From: Trichosphaerium sp. ATCC 40318
Lineage: Eukaryota; Protista; Tubulinea
Reading direction: 5' to 3'
Assembly (NCBI GenBank): GCA_038496445.1
Contig: JALMLS010000571.1
Coordinates: forward strand, 62,001-126,000
Length of the DNA: 64,000 nucleotides
Below are positions 51,109 through 63,900 of the stretch, one piece after another; position 1 is the first letter of the stretch; every line of letters begins with the position of its first letter. The notes beneath the pieces were generated by a model. The model ran no database searches. It worked only from the letters and a program-made list of their open reading frames with translations, and was not told the DNA's origin. The position numbers were made by a program, and so were the translations under genes.

Positions 51109-51462
51109 ATGGCGAGAGCAAGAGCAGCTTCAAGGCTACCACCAGAGGTCAACAAAATCGTATACGTTAAGCGTTTGCCAGAGAAGATCACTGCAGAAGA
51201 ACTCTACGATGTATTCGGTAAATTCGGTGCTATACAACAAATAAGGCTCGGAAACAAGGCAGATACAAAGGGAACCGCTTTTGTAGTGTTTGAGGACATT
51301 TATGACGCCAAGAACGCTGTGGAACATCTCACTGGTTTTAACGTAGCTGGACGCTATATTACGTGTTTATACTACGACAGAAGCAAAATGGATACACGCA
51401 TTGACATGAAGAAGAAACAAGCCGAAATTGATAGGCTCAAACAAAAATACAGCGTAGACTGA
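51109..51462 (+). CDS. SF3B6: Splicing factor 3B subunit 6 (p14), intronless CDS
   Basis: RLPPEVNKIVYV..ITAEELYDVFGKFGAIQQIRLG..TKGTAFVVFEDIYDAKNAVEHLTGFNV. Confidence 0.97.
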   Translation: MARARAASRLPPEVNKIVYVKRLPEKITAEELYDVFGKFGAIQQIRLGNKADTKGTAFVVFEDIYDAKNAVEHLTGFNVAGRYITCLYYDRSKMDTRIDMKKKQAEIDRLKQKYSVD

Positions 51463-51762
51463 TTTCAAAAACAAATATCTACAACTGCTTCTTTATTTTA
51501 TTTTTGAAAGTTGTACTGGAGTGCCACCACCTCCTTGTTCGACCGCTTGTACATAACAATAAAACGACACTCTAAGCAACAATCATTCAAGATTCTACAA
51601 GTAATGGACAAGGCAAGTTAGAGCGCGGAAATAGGTTGATGCAATATTATGAAACACGTCATTTTAGTAAGTACAACACGAAAAAATAATTGACATGATC
51701 TCAACTTTTTTTTTTCTTTTTTCTTTTTTTTCTTTTTGGGTTCAGCCACTAGCTCTTCACTT

Positions 51763-54700
51763 TCACTGCCACCCAAAAACAGCAGTCTTGCGGTGTGACA
51801 TGCGCTGCACGATAAGCGTGAGGATGATAGCCGTGGTGATGGCGAGAATCAAGGCCTCGTGGTTAAAGTCATGACTCAGCTCGTCAAAGGCAGATGGTTG
51901 CAACTGTCTGTAAAACAAGTCAATGCCATGCGCAATAATCAGTGAAGTAGACTCGAGTTGTGTAGAGTACGACTGCAAGTGAGATAATTGGGCGATAGGC
52001 TGGTTGTACGAGATGATGCTGGTGGCCGGCAATGAGAGGTATGGCGTGTACACCATCAAACCTTCCTTTTGCTCTTCCTTCGTGATCTGGTCTGGTGGAG
52101 GACGACGAGGATCCAAGAACATGTGTGGTACAGACGCAATATCTCCAGATTGAAGGCCCATTACCAAGTACTGACCAGCCAATCCATGCTTGGTTCGCAT
52201 AGAGGTCAAATGTGTGATTTTCTGCGTGAGAACGAATGAATTTTGCAGGACGATAGGCAAAGTATGCGAGAAAGACGAAAACTTGTCGCTAAGCAAGGAC
52301 ATCTCATCAGTACGACACGTAGTAAGAAAAATGAAAGCGTATCTAGGACGTACTTTGTGTAGTCTATTTGAGGCTCAAAGAGCTGCATCGACAACACTTC
52401 GAACCTGTGGAGCTTTACATTCCAATACGAGAATATTGCAGTGTGTTCAAAGGTATGCACGACCAAAGGTGGACTGGCATTGCGTACAACACGTCGTACG
52501 AGTACCTGACCAGTAACAGAATCAAGAAGGGTGCACTCAACAACGTCAGTGCCATCAGATGCGGTATTCTTCTTGGCTATGGCCACGCCCAATAGTCCAG
52601 GGTTGATGTACTTGTACAATGCAGAACGATTGCCTAAAACAAGCGCAGGAGAGAACGGTTTGCTTGGGACTTGCGAGGCAATCACGAGTTGAGAACCCTC
52701 TGGCGCTGCCAGGTTCCACACTGGTTGAGCGGTCAAGCTACCTGCTTTACCTTGTATGTGGTATCCGACAACCTCGTCGCTGCTGCCAATCCACACATAC
52801 AGCGGTACTGATAATTCAGCAGTGCTTGGAAACATGGTTGCCTTTACGGCATCACCTTTTTGGCTAACAAGAAGCATTGCATCCAATTTGGCCAAATGGC
52901 GTGTCAACACCAACTTCCCTTCAATGTTGAGGTCTTGCTTGGACAAAGTGTCTCCGCTGTCCGACGATATTGTCCATGCGCTGTAACCCTATAATTCTTT
53001 GTGAGAAAGGAATTACATTGATAAGATGCGTTATTATACGTACACGGCCTTGTTTTACGAGGAGGTAGCCAGTAGTACTAACTGAGTGTGCTGGTACAAG
53101 TGTGACTAATTTATTCTCGGGTTTAAACCATCTGCTCCACAAAACGGCTCCATCACGTGCGCGTAGACCGATTACTGTATTGTATTTAGTGCTCACAACA
53201 CAAATTATCCTGGCAGTGTGCATAGCAGTCCTAAAGCCGGAAATGGTTACACGTCAATTTATTTTGTTCAAAATGAGAAATGCGTACTGTTTTGGTTGAG
53301 CATCGATAACACGCTCTAGAAGGGTGGCTATACGATCAGGATATAATGTACGCCAATCTATACCAGTCCATTCTTGTAGGGCAGTGAGCATAATGCCAAA
53401 TGGAGAGGGCTTGTTCGATTTTAATACAAATTCATCTTCATGTTCTGAATGCAATAACACTATTTTAGCTGTAGGATCAGATAATGCCTCATGACGCGTC
53501 CATTTAATAGCAGCGCCCGCAATAAGGATTGCTTGGGCATCACGCATAACGACTAGAATGCGATGTCCTACAAGTGGGTGAGGTCAGGGCAATTAATGTC
53601 ATAGAGACAATGAATGAACAGCGCCCGTACCTACAACGCCATCTCGCTTTGAGAAACACTTGGCGTGCACGCTATCAATTTCTGCGCTAACATTGAGTCT
53701 GAGCGTATCCACCAAGTTGAGTTGATCTTTCTCCTGAGAATGTACAAGAAGAGCGTAATACCCGTCATCGTGAGATTCTACGGACACTACACAAGGAAAC
53801 GACGAATCTCCTCCAACAGTAAGTCCTGAAACGGGACGAATCATTGGGCGTAGAGAACGGTCAGCGGCGTAAAAAACACCGTTATCTGTAGTGGCAAATT
53901 GACCATTATTGCCAAATGAGGTGACTGGTTGATCAAGAGGATATGCACTGTCTTTGCTGTAATCAGACGATACAAAGCGAGCTGAAGCGTCTGTAATCAC
54001 GTTCAATGCGCCTTCTGAAGCCACATGGATACTCTTGATAACAGCGGACATATCAAGAGACTTTCCTTTCTGCACAATCTTGCCGTCCGCTAAAGTGTAC
54101 ACGGAAATGGCTGTGTTTTTAGATTGACCGCCAACAATCATCACTTTGCCCTTGGCGTTAATAAAACTACCTAGCAGTTCAGTGTGTTCAGGCCTAAGCA
54201 CATGTCAAAAAACCGATTAATTTCAGATTTATGCGATTAAGGTACCCTTTGACAGTGACAATATTATTCTGTTTCTTTTTAGTGTCAATAAGCGTAACTT
54301 GAGATGGTCCCACAACTATTTGTATGTTGCCCGTAACCAAGAATCTCGATGGTGCCGTAGTGGGTTGCGGAATACTACTACGTGGCCATGACCATTGCCT
54401 AGCATGTCAAATGAGTCAACTTCCTTTTCAAGTTTTGGCTTTTCGAATTGCCACTCCTGCCACGTACTTTTGTACACCACCTTCAACGCCAAACACCTTC
54501 AATGTTGTAGATGACTCGGAGTCAGAGACACTGACCAGATCTACGCACGTGTTAAGAAGCAGTTCAGAACATAACAAATTCAATTCGTAAGTACGTACAC
54601 TTGTCCTGTAATGAGAGCGCTGTTACTTTATGCTCTTTTGGAAGTACGTGGCGCCAAACTACAGCCAGAATAAGCCTCACCTCGATATTTACACGTAATC

Positions 54701-54985
54701 ACGCGTACCTGTAGCTCCTGTCTTAAAGTTAAGCTGCGCTATTACACCCTCAGACGTAGAGACAAACAAATGTTTAGGACGCGCATTGTCAGGCGTCATA
54801 ACTACTTTTTCCACTTTTCCGAACCCTTGACGCGTCCTTGTCAAGTGTAAGTGAAAGGGGAGAATAATTGTTCAATATTTTTGTTTAACATACCAATCCT
54901 TCTGGCCAACCTCATCTCTGTACTGTACCATAGCGCTCAGGGCTGCGACGAGGCCCAACAGCAGTATTACCGAGGCTAGTCGCAT
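51763..54985 (-). CDS. EMC1: ER membrane protein complex subunit 1
   Basis: Signal peptide + DEVGQKDW, WTRHEAL, VLGNRSALYKYINP, LDPRRP, TQLESTSL..GIDLF..FDELSHDFN, C-terminal TM. Confidence 0.95.
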
Positions 54986-55150
54986 TTCTAAATTTTATTT
55001 CAGCTTTGTGATTAGCGTCACAAAAATTGTACCACAATTATAAGTGATGACTGGCTATGTAAATAGAGAAAAAGAGGCGTCACGGCGGCAAGTCAAGCAA
55101 AATCTTGCCTGCTATTTTTTATTTTGTTTTTCCATCCCTATTTCGCAACA
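54986..55150. promoter_or_regulatory. Putative bidirectional promoter (EMC1 / RPL27)
   Basis: Divergent ATGs 165 nt apart; contains the dyad TTTGTGA-n6-TCACAAA. Confidence 0.55.
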
Positions 55151-55879
55151 ATGGTAAAGTTGTAAGTATAATGCTGTTAACCGTATCGTGCTAACTCAGT
55201 ACTTAGTTTAAAACCAGGTAAGGTAGTAATTGTAACCAGAGGCAGACACGCCGGTAGCAAAGCCGTAATTGTAAAAAACTACGAGCCAAGCGACTCTAAG
55301 CTCAATGCACCAACTTCATTGATTGTTGGACTTCAGAAATACCCAAAAAGTGTTTCTCAAAAGGTATGTTATGCCGCAATAGCATTGCGAGTATTCAAAT
55401 CGCCGTATGAACGAGTCTAATTGGTCTATTCAAGATGAACTTGAAACAACTTGCTCGTCGCTCCCGACTCAAACCATACCTCAAAATGGTAAACCACCGT
55501 CACTTTATGCCAACCAGGTACAATTTAGAACTGGGAAGAAATAGTGAAAAATAACTGGCTATTGCAGGTATTCTTTTGATCTCGGCGTACACGAAAACAC
55601 CGTTCAAAACATGGAGCGACCAGAAAAGAAAAAGGCCGTCAAACGTCACTTGAAGAAGGCCCTTAGCAAAAAGTACATGGCAGGACAAAACAGATGGTTT
55701 TTCACCAAATTGAGGTGCGTAGGCGGAAAAGTACAAAAATTAAGGCGGAAATTTTGCAAATAACCAGGTTTCTTGCTTGTTTTCGTGGAACCTCGTTGTT
55801 AAAGCAAGCCCGCGTTTTTATTTTGTTTTTGTTTGCAATTTGTGGACGTTATTTATTAATTTCAATGTACAGGTTCTAG
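55151..55879 (+). CDS. RPL27: 60S ribosomal protein eL27
   Basis: [46 protein letters not shown] using last intron 55715-55872. Confidence 0.95.
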
Positions 55880-55923
55880 ATGTTGACACAGCGATTTTCT
55901 ACAGAACTTAAAGTTAAGGCTTG

Positions 55924-56687
55924 TTAATAAAAGCAAAGTGTATGTAAAATTGGCAGCTCGTTATTTTGTTCAAACTCCTCAACAAGATCATCAATGTTGT
56001 CACGCCATTCGTCATCGCAATGCATGATCTGTTGCAGACAAATTAATTTATTGCACTTGTAAAATGCTTGGTTGTCACACGTGTAAAACCAAAATAGTAA
56101 CCAACTTGAGCGTACCAATTCTAAAAGTGTGTGGCAGTGCTTAGCGCCGATGGCAGCATCTGAATGGTTATCTGGCGTCTCCACGTTCAAAACATTGACT
56201 GGTTTATCTCCGTCTCCGTCGTTTCGCTTATTGAGCTCTATGTTGCGTTACGTTATGCCCAAAGTGGTAGCAGTGCAAGTGTACCGTGTACTACAATGTC
56301 AAAAACACGTTCTTCAAAAGTAACAATGATGTCGAATTCGCTCTGCTCGTCCTGAAATCGCTCTGGTCCCTTTTTAATGGCGCTATTACGTTGTAACATT
56401 TGCAATAAGCCTTTTTCCGTGTAACTACGTCTATTTAGCATCAAATGTTAACTTACTGGCGCGTACAAGCGTTTATCAGCTGCTTGGAGCTCATCGTGCA
56501 TGTGTTGGTATGATGTACCAAATGGATAGACATGAGGAGTGTTAATACTCTTCCCAGGCAATTTAATATGCGTATTAGTCCCGTAGGACTTTATTGTATT
56601 AAATCCTTTGCGGTTGAGAAGCTCGTGGGCAGCCATTGACCTATTTTGGTTTGAGGCGCATACAACCGCAATTGCCAACTCGCTCAT
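55924..56687 (-). CDS. SSU72: RNA polymerase II CTD phosphatase Ssu72
   Basis: VCASNQNRSMAAH, GLLQMLQRN..IKKGPERFQ, DNHSDAAIGA, LHTLCFY*. Confidence 0.97.
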
Positions 56688-56865
56688 GCTGTTCTTGAAG
56701 AATGATTGTTTTGCGATTGTTGTTCAATCAAATAAAAATAAAGACCAAAAGGAAAAAAAACCAACTTTATTTTTTACAAGGAATAGTGTGCAAGTATGTA
56801 TAGCTAATGAGAGTGTTTACCTTTTTCGAATATAGGTCGGGTGCTGTACTTTTGATAGCATGGCG

Positions 56866-58157
56866 CTACTTTTCAGGAGGTACGACATTTACCATGATTT
56901 GAGACTTCATGCTCTGTATCAGTGGAAGTGTCAAGTCTAGATTTTTGGACCTATCGCAGATTTGTTAGCACTGTTGTGGTTACTATAGAGTGGGTACCAG
57001 CTATCATGCTTCCATGCCGCTGAGCGTTTTAGTTTTCTGTCTTCCATATCCTTGTAATGCCTTCAATATGAAAGTGAGTGTTTGGCGAAAAACTCGAACG
57101 GCAACGTACCAAAGGTGCCATACTGTATTTAATGGCCCAATCTCAGAGAACCTACATTCAATTAATGAGTTGAGGGGTGGCCTAAATAGTAAAGAAGCGT
57201 ACCATGCTCCAACAGGTTTGGCGTACTTGCCTCGCACGCTTAGCCCTTCTTTCCAGTGTTCCTATTTGAACCGTGTTAACAATCCTCCTCCGCTTGACAA
57301 TAAGGTAATGGTGTACCTGCCATATCCACACTTTACCAGGTTGTAGCGTATACGTTCTTAATTCAAAGATACCTACACATGGTCACGTGTTTGTTACCAG
57401 TCAATCACCAATTAAAACCGTTTTGTTATCAACTATTACTTCAAGGGCGTACCTCCCTCTGGGGCATCTTCTGCTGTAGGCCAGTAAGGGAATGACTGCG
57501 AAATGATATTGTGTTGCTGGCGTATTAAAGGTCTTATTTTGTTTACTAGTTTTTGCCATTCAGGGTCGCTGTCTAGCTGTTTCCTTACATCCACTTGGTG
57601 CTTGTAGTTGTCGTATTCCCTGGCGACACATTAGGGAACCAACAGTATACCGAGTATACAGCCTCTAACGGCCCATATACATTCAGTGAGGCGTAGTAAT
57701 AACCGTTGGCATAAAAAATGAAGTGGATTTGACATGTTTTGTCTCTAGCCTAACGTACGTACCATATATGAACCAATTGGTGTGGGTCGTCGCCCATCAA
57801 GTTCCTCCAAAAGCCAATACAACGGGAAACTTGCTAAAGTAGAATTACAACGCACTGAGAAGTTAACGGTTTGTACCCTTCGTTTAGGCACTGCTTGGTT
57901 GTTTAATCTGTGCATGTATAAGGTGGAGGGGTAGTATTTAGTGCGTACTCGATGTATTCTGCCCAACGTTCAGATTTGATAGTGGAGAAGCGCATTTCAT
58001 ACACACGTTCATCTATTTGCTTCTCTTCCGCAGACTTCCAATCTTTTATTAGCGAGTCGCTCAAACTCAGCCAAGACGACTTGTTACGCGCAGAATTTGT
58101 AGTGCGCGGTTTTTTTACATAACAAGAGCGCGACGAGGCGCAAGTGAAGCGGAGCAT
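56866..58157 (-). CDS. NIPSNAP: NIPSNAP family protein with mitochondrial-type presequence
   Basis: Two NIPSNAP halves: VYEMR..CIGFW..LVHIWEYDNY; FELRTYTLQPG..VGAWFSEIGPLNTVWHLWHYKDMEDR..RSAAW. Confidence 0.9.
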
Positions 58158-58286
58158 TGGACTTTTTGATTTTAATTGAATTTCACAACAATGATGACTT
58201 AAAGCAAGGTACAAAATTCTGTGTCAATGCAACTCAACTCTTGTTGTTTTATTGGCTAACGTGTTTTCTCAAAACGCTACTAACAT

Positions 58287-59274
58287 TTATTCATTTTTGT
58301 ACTCTTCTTTAAGCAGGTTTCGCCTAAGCGCTCGTTATTGCGTTAACTTTGTTCATACTTACTGTTTGAGATAGTGCGCAATGTCATCTACATCAAAGTT
58401 GTATCCCAAGTCATCGGTGATGCGCAAGAGGCTCGCTTGTAGAGTGCCGTCTTTATATACTATCATGGCAGGTAGACCTACTTTGTCGAAGGTGGCGATT
58501 GCATCCGTCGCCAGAATGGTCCCAAACTTGACTTGAATGTATCTGTTGCTAAAGTTAACGCGTGTTAAAGGCACTGCAATAACGTACTCTTGTGCTAATT
58601 CTTTGATGCATTCTTCCAATCGCATGGAAGGCCTATTGGACTAGTCCACGTCAGGAATAGGTAGTTTGACGGATTAAGACGAAGCACGCTTACCTCATCG
58701 CGTAAATGTACAATTACAAGGCCAGAAGAACCACCCTCTTATCTTGTCAGTAATGGCTACTATTTACAAGACGGATTTTACGCGCACCATCCACAAAATC
58801 AGGAAAGGAGTTTCGTTCAGCAATTGTAAAGAGCTCACCAAATGTATCTTTTTTCTCCCTGTTGCCAACTCATGAGTATTTATGTGTCGTACAAAAACTT
58901 GTAATTACTGTTGTTGTCTCATTTGTTTCAGTCTCATAAGCCTCAGGCGCCTCAAAACCGCCTCGTCATCCTCATCAACGTCATCTGAAGGGTCAACAGT
59001 AACCAATTGTTTTGTGATGGCGGCCATCGTCTGCTTTCGCTCTGCTTCCATGTCCCTTATCATATCCTCCTACACAAGGTCATCAACAGCAGTAAATTGT
59101 AAAAAAAGCACCTTCGCCTCTTTATAGTCCGCCAATACGCCCTTGATACCGGTGTTATGTTCTGTGACGCCATCTCTAACTGTAATGGAGTACTAGAATG
59201 TGTAAGCACTATTTATAAACATAGTAACGCAAATAGCGTACAGTAGGCTCGTTTGGCTCGTTTGTAGGTTCCAT
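58287..59274 (-). CDS. PDCL: Phosducin-like protein 1 (PhLP1)
   Basis: NTGIKGVLADY (TGPKGV motif), thioredoxin-fold VIVHL..LAQEY..VKF..LPAMIVYKDG. Confidence 0.88.
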
Positions 59275-59444
59275 GATCGCTGTTGTACCGAAAAAGCAAC
59301 GCTACTTAAGCCACCCAACTTGCTCGTACACAAAAGTGGTCACACCGCATCAACGTCAGTATTAACGAAGGTATTTTTATTTAACGTTTTTTTTACAAAG
59401 GAAAAAAAAGTTGATTGCCCTTTTGGTAGATTTGCAGCATCAAG

Positions 59445-60579
59445 TTAAACGTGAGCAGCCAAATCTTTGAACTAAGAAAAAGAGTAAGGATTGCAAACAA
59501 GTACGATAGTTTTGCCATACCTTGAGCTTGATGATCAACACAGCAAACTCTTCAGGATCGAGCTCTCCATTGCCATCGTCATCGGCATCTTTGAATAGCT
59601 TTTGAGCTTCTTCCTTTGAAGCACCCTTCAAGAATGTTATAAAAAACCCCATAAACCTGCAGCACGGTGCATGTAATGGAACGTACGCCAACACCCATCC
59701 ATGGAAGTTTTTCATAGAGTTCTTCAAAGTCGAGTGCGCCATCACCGCTTGTATCAGCATCCGCAAAGTGAACAATTGAGAACCTGAAGAAGACTAGTCC
59801 ACCAACCAATCCAAGGTAACTTGAATAAAAGACAGGTGAGACCAACATGATAGATAGACAAACGCGTGGAAACAGTGCACGTACGTGAATTTGCCAGTAT
59901 TTTCTCTGTCGCACATGATGGCCAAGTACTTGTACGTTTGCTCATGATCAAAGTTGTATCCAAGCGCTTTCCAGGCGTCCTCTGTCTTTGCACGAGGGGC
60001 TGAATCGCTACCTCCAGAAACTGCTGCAAATGCGTTCTAAACCCTCCTTCAGTCACAAAACCAGCAATATTGAGGGCTTGAACGAGGTGGATCACTGTTT
60101 ACCCACACTCGGCAAACCCGACAATCAAAAAAAGTTACCTTTGCCTCAGTAAGCATTGCAATTGTATCCAAGTACAATGGGTATGGAAATGGAGCGGCTG
60201 TAACGCGAATAAGAATTATAAAGTGGCCAGTCCAATTTTACCTGGGTCGGGTGTTCCAGACATGAGCGTGCGTAGGTTGTCCAATAGCTTGCCCTCAATA
60301 GGGAAACCCGCATTAGCAAGAACTTTACCAAGGTCGTTACCCTACAAAATGTTGGTTCACGAGAAATTACGATAGAGGGCACATACAGGAATAGCACCTT
60401 CAGTTTTAAGGTCAAGTTTTTTGAATATTTCGGTTAGTTCGCCAACGCGCTCTGCAGTGAGGAGTGGTGCTATTTGGGTAAGTAATCACATGAATTTTCG
60501 TGTTTTACCTGGTGCGTCTTGTGTTTCTGCCTAAAGACTGTGTTAGTTGTCACAAATACAAAGGTTAAACGTGTACCAT
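59445..60579 (-). CDS. Multi-EF-hand calcium-binding protein (degenerate N-terminal hands, two canonical C-terminal hands); first coding exon is ATG only
   Basis: DTSGDGALDFEE and DDDGNGELDPEE canonical loops; DLKTEGAI and DRENTGKF degenerate loops; spliced in frame from ATG|GT at 60579. Confidence 0.85.
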
Positions 60580-60929
60580 TGTTGTTTTGGTGCTTGCAGT
60601 ACTGGTTACAAAAAAGGAGTGGCTTAACGCGTAAATTAGCGCTACTTGTCAGTGTTTTGTGTAAAACAACTTTACCAAAATTGCTGGTCTTGTTTTTGTA
60701 ACTTGTGGGCAAAACTAACGGACTGCACAAAGAGTAGGCACCAAACAAAGGGTTTGCTGGCCAGTGAGGGACGTTTGGATCCTGTTTTTTTCTCGTATAG
60801 CGAGACGACGCTATTTGCCTTAGGGTTCACGTTGCAACATCACCAAGACACAAACCGGCAATTTACCAATCTATATTAGTTTACAATACTTACAGTAAGA
60901 ACCACAGCGCCTCTAGGCTTGTGTGGCGT

Positions 60930-63900
60930 TTAAATTTTCTTTAGTTTTGCATCTTGAACGAACGACGACAAGACAGCATTGCGCGTTCGTTTAATTTTAA
61001 TTTTAAATACGGGACTCTCCATAGCAGCCCGCTCTGCGTTTAGTACTAATGACACAAGTCAGCCTTGCCAATATGGTTTCAAAAGGGTGGGAAATTGCGT
61101 ACTTTTAGTGAGTAAGAACCGGCGAAAATCTTTGCCCTTTGCGAAAATGGGTTTCTTTGGAAGCTTTGGGCCAAACGGTCGGACCTACAAAGGTGTTAGA
61201 CGCAAGCTACAGGGACATTGATTATGTACCCCTTGTTTACTGGCAACTGCGACCTTATATCTCAGCTCACCGTCCTTGGTGTAGCAGACGGATACTATAA
61301 TAAAGACATCTACGAGGAACGTGATGTTAGTTAATAAAGACAAATAGCAACAAGCTGCAATGGCATTGTCTTTGCTACATACGTATAAAATTGGACGTGA
61401 GGAGAGTTGGGTCGAATCGATCACCGGCCTCCATGAATACTACAACGACGATATCATTGCCAATGTGTCTCTGCTCTCTTGTTAGAACTTATGGTGTACG
61501 GGGAGGGGAGGCAACGTACCTTTTTGCCTACTTGTTGTGCATCCTTTGGATTGAACGGCAACATCGTAGACACATGAAACATCACTTTGTAGTGCATAAA
61601 TTTTGTGAAAACGGACTCTGTACCAGTCCTGTCCTCTGTCATTGGCAACAAAAGTTAATGATAAATCAGCACCAATCAGGAAAACAAAAAAAAGTGAATA
61701 CCCTTGACATCAAGGCCGGCTTTGAAGTCGTTCCATCCCAATAACCGTATTCTTGTACCAATACACTCCAAAAATTCGTCCAAAAGTCGACTGTCATCTA
61801 TTTCGGGTAAGATTAAATCGCAGCTTATTAATGAAAGGTCAGTACTGTTGCCATAGAACTCATTCTCGGTCGTCTGACCTTCTTTAACGACGAGCACACC
61901 AATTTTTATATTTGTTTCTGACTACAAGGCAAAGTTATGACAAGGTAGTAGTACTAGGTCAGGTAATAAGGACGGTACCATGTCATTCTCAAATTTTACA
62001 AGCTTGTTCTCTAGCTCTAAACACCAGTTGGTCATTATTGTCAAAGGGTCATGTAAATGGGGAACGCACGCGGATCAAACATTTTGTATAGTTTCATAGA
62101 GGCGTATTTGTCTCCTAGATCCTACAATACAGTGTTAATAATGGCCACTTGTACCACTTTTATTGAAGATTCAGGTCGTACTCTTTTGATACAAGATATA
62201 GCATCTCGCAACTTTAATTGTGTAGGAACAAACAACCACAACTCACCCTGTCTGTGCTTTAGAATTTTTCGAAAAAAATATGGGTGTTTATTACCTCCCC
62301 TGTTCTCACTAAGACTCGCGTGTTTGCCACCCGTTGTTCATCTGGTTTCTCTATGGATATAAGGACCACTTTGTTGGGACCATCAACACCGCCAATGTTG
62401 TAGTGAGGCTCTATTCATGATAACGTTAGAAGTGATCTGCTAATCATTTGCAGCAACTAAAACATGCACGTGCTATCTTTGAAGTGCTGCGCGTAGTATT
62501 TTTCAGCCATGTCGTCCTCTTCGATGTTTAACCAATTCATTTGCTCCTTCAATAGCAGTCAGTGAGGTCACAGCAGTAACCAAGGACCGAACGCACTTTC
62601 AAGTTTGTAGTTCTGTCTCCGAGTTCCACATTCATGCTTGTGTCCGAGGGGTATATCAATGGTGCTGCAGACGCACTTAATTTGTACTCTTCGATAGTTT
62701 GTGGAATAGGTATCGTTCTGAGAAGTTAGGCAAAAAAAAAAATAACAGCGAATAAAAGTATCTTACTTTGTTATAATCTCACTCAGCTTGTTGATGGCGG
62801 TTGGGTGTTTGATAATAAAGCTATTGATACGTCTCTTCTTTTTGCCTAGATCCAAATCATCCCAATTGGCGACAGACGCTTTCGGATCCTTTGCAAAAAA
62901 AAAAAATGAATAAAAATAATTCCAAGTTGCAATGGCTGTGCGACTAACTGCCATCCGACGAAAGAAGAGAAACGCGTACAGGTAGAGTCATTGAAGCTAC
63001 GTTGCTTGGTTTAGGATTACGCCATAGGATGCGTTTTCTTCTGCGCACTGGTGTGACCCTTAAAGTCCGTCGCGCAAACAATTTGTTTATATCTTCTATT
63101 GACAATTCTGATTGTTCCAGCTCTTCCATCACTTTTGGTGTATTTTCGAGGTACTCATGTTCAAAAGCCGCGACGACCTGCAAACAACGTGTTAAAAATA
63201 TTTTTTAGGCTAAACGGTGTTATTGATCTTAAAGAATACCTGGGTTGTACTGAAGTCCTCCAGAATTTCAACGGGCGGTTCTGTTAATACCACGTGCTTT
63301 TTATCGTTTTTTTTCGACCTTTTGAACACTTGCGTCAGCTAAACTACCAAATGCAAAAGCCTTACTTTTTGTCGGGAGTACCACTTCGTTTGTTGTATCT
63401 ACAGCAACATTGAGAAACAAACTTTTTGGTTTTTTTTTTTTCATTAATTGGTTTTGGGTTAACACGGCAGCCCCACTAATTCAGTTTTCTTCGTGCACCG
63501 TACTTGTTTTTGTCCTTGCCGCGACCTAACTTGCTCGCGTTGCCGTTTGTGTCAGGAAAGCGATGTATACCAGCAATTGAACCTGATCTCATTTGTCTGC
63601 TGCGTGGTGTTTCTGAATCAAGTCCATTTTTCGTGGGCATCTCGGGCATGGCTTGCGAATTGAATAATTATTTACCCAAATTACAGAGGAACTACAAAAA
63701 ACGTTTTTTACAGAATTATACTTACACCTCATACTGAACATCGACAAGGTTTCGTCATCCGTGTCGCTATCAGAACTATCATCACGTGGTCCCGTATGTA
63801 AGCCTGCGTGACCTCTGGTTAAGAAGTTGCGGCCTTTGAGTTTGTTTCGCCCGCCGCGCACGTATGGAATGCGAATGGCGCTATTTTCTTCTTCGTCTGC

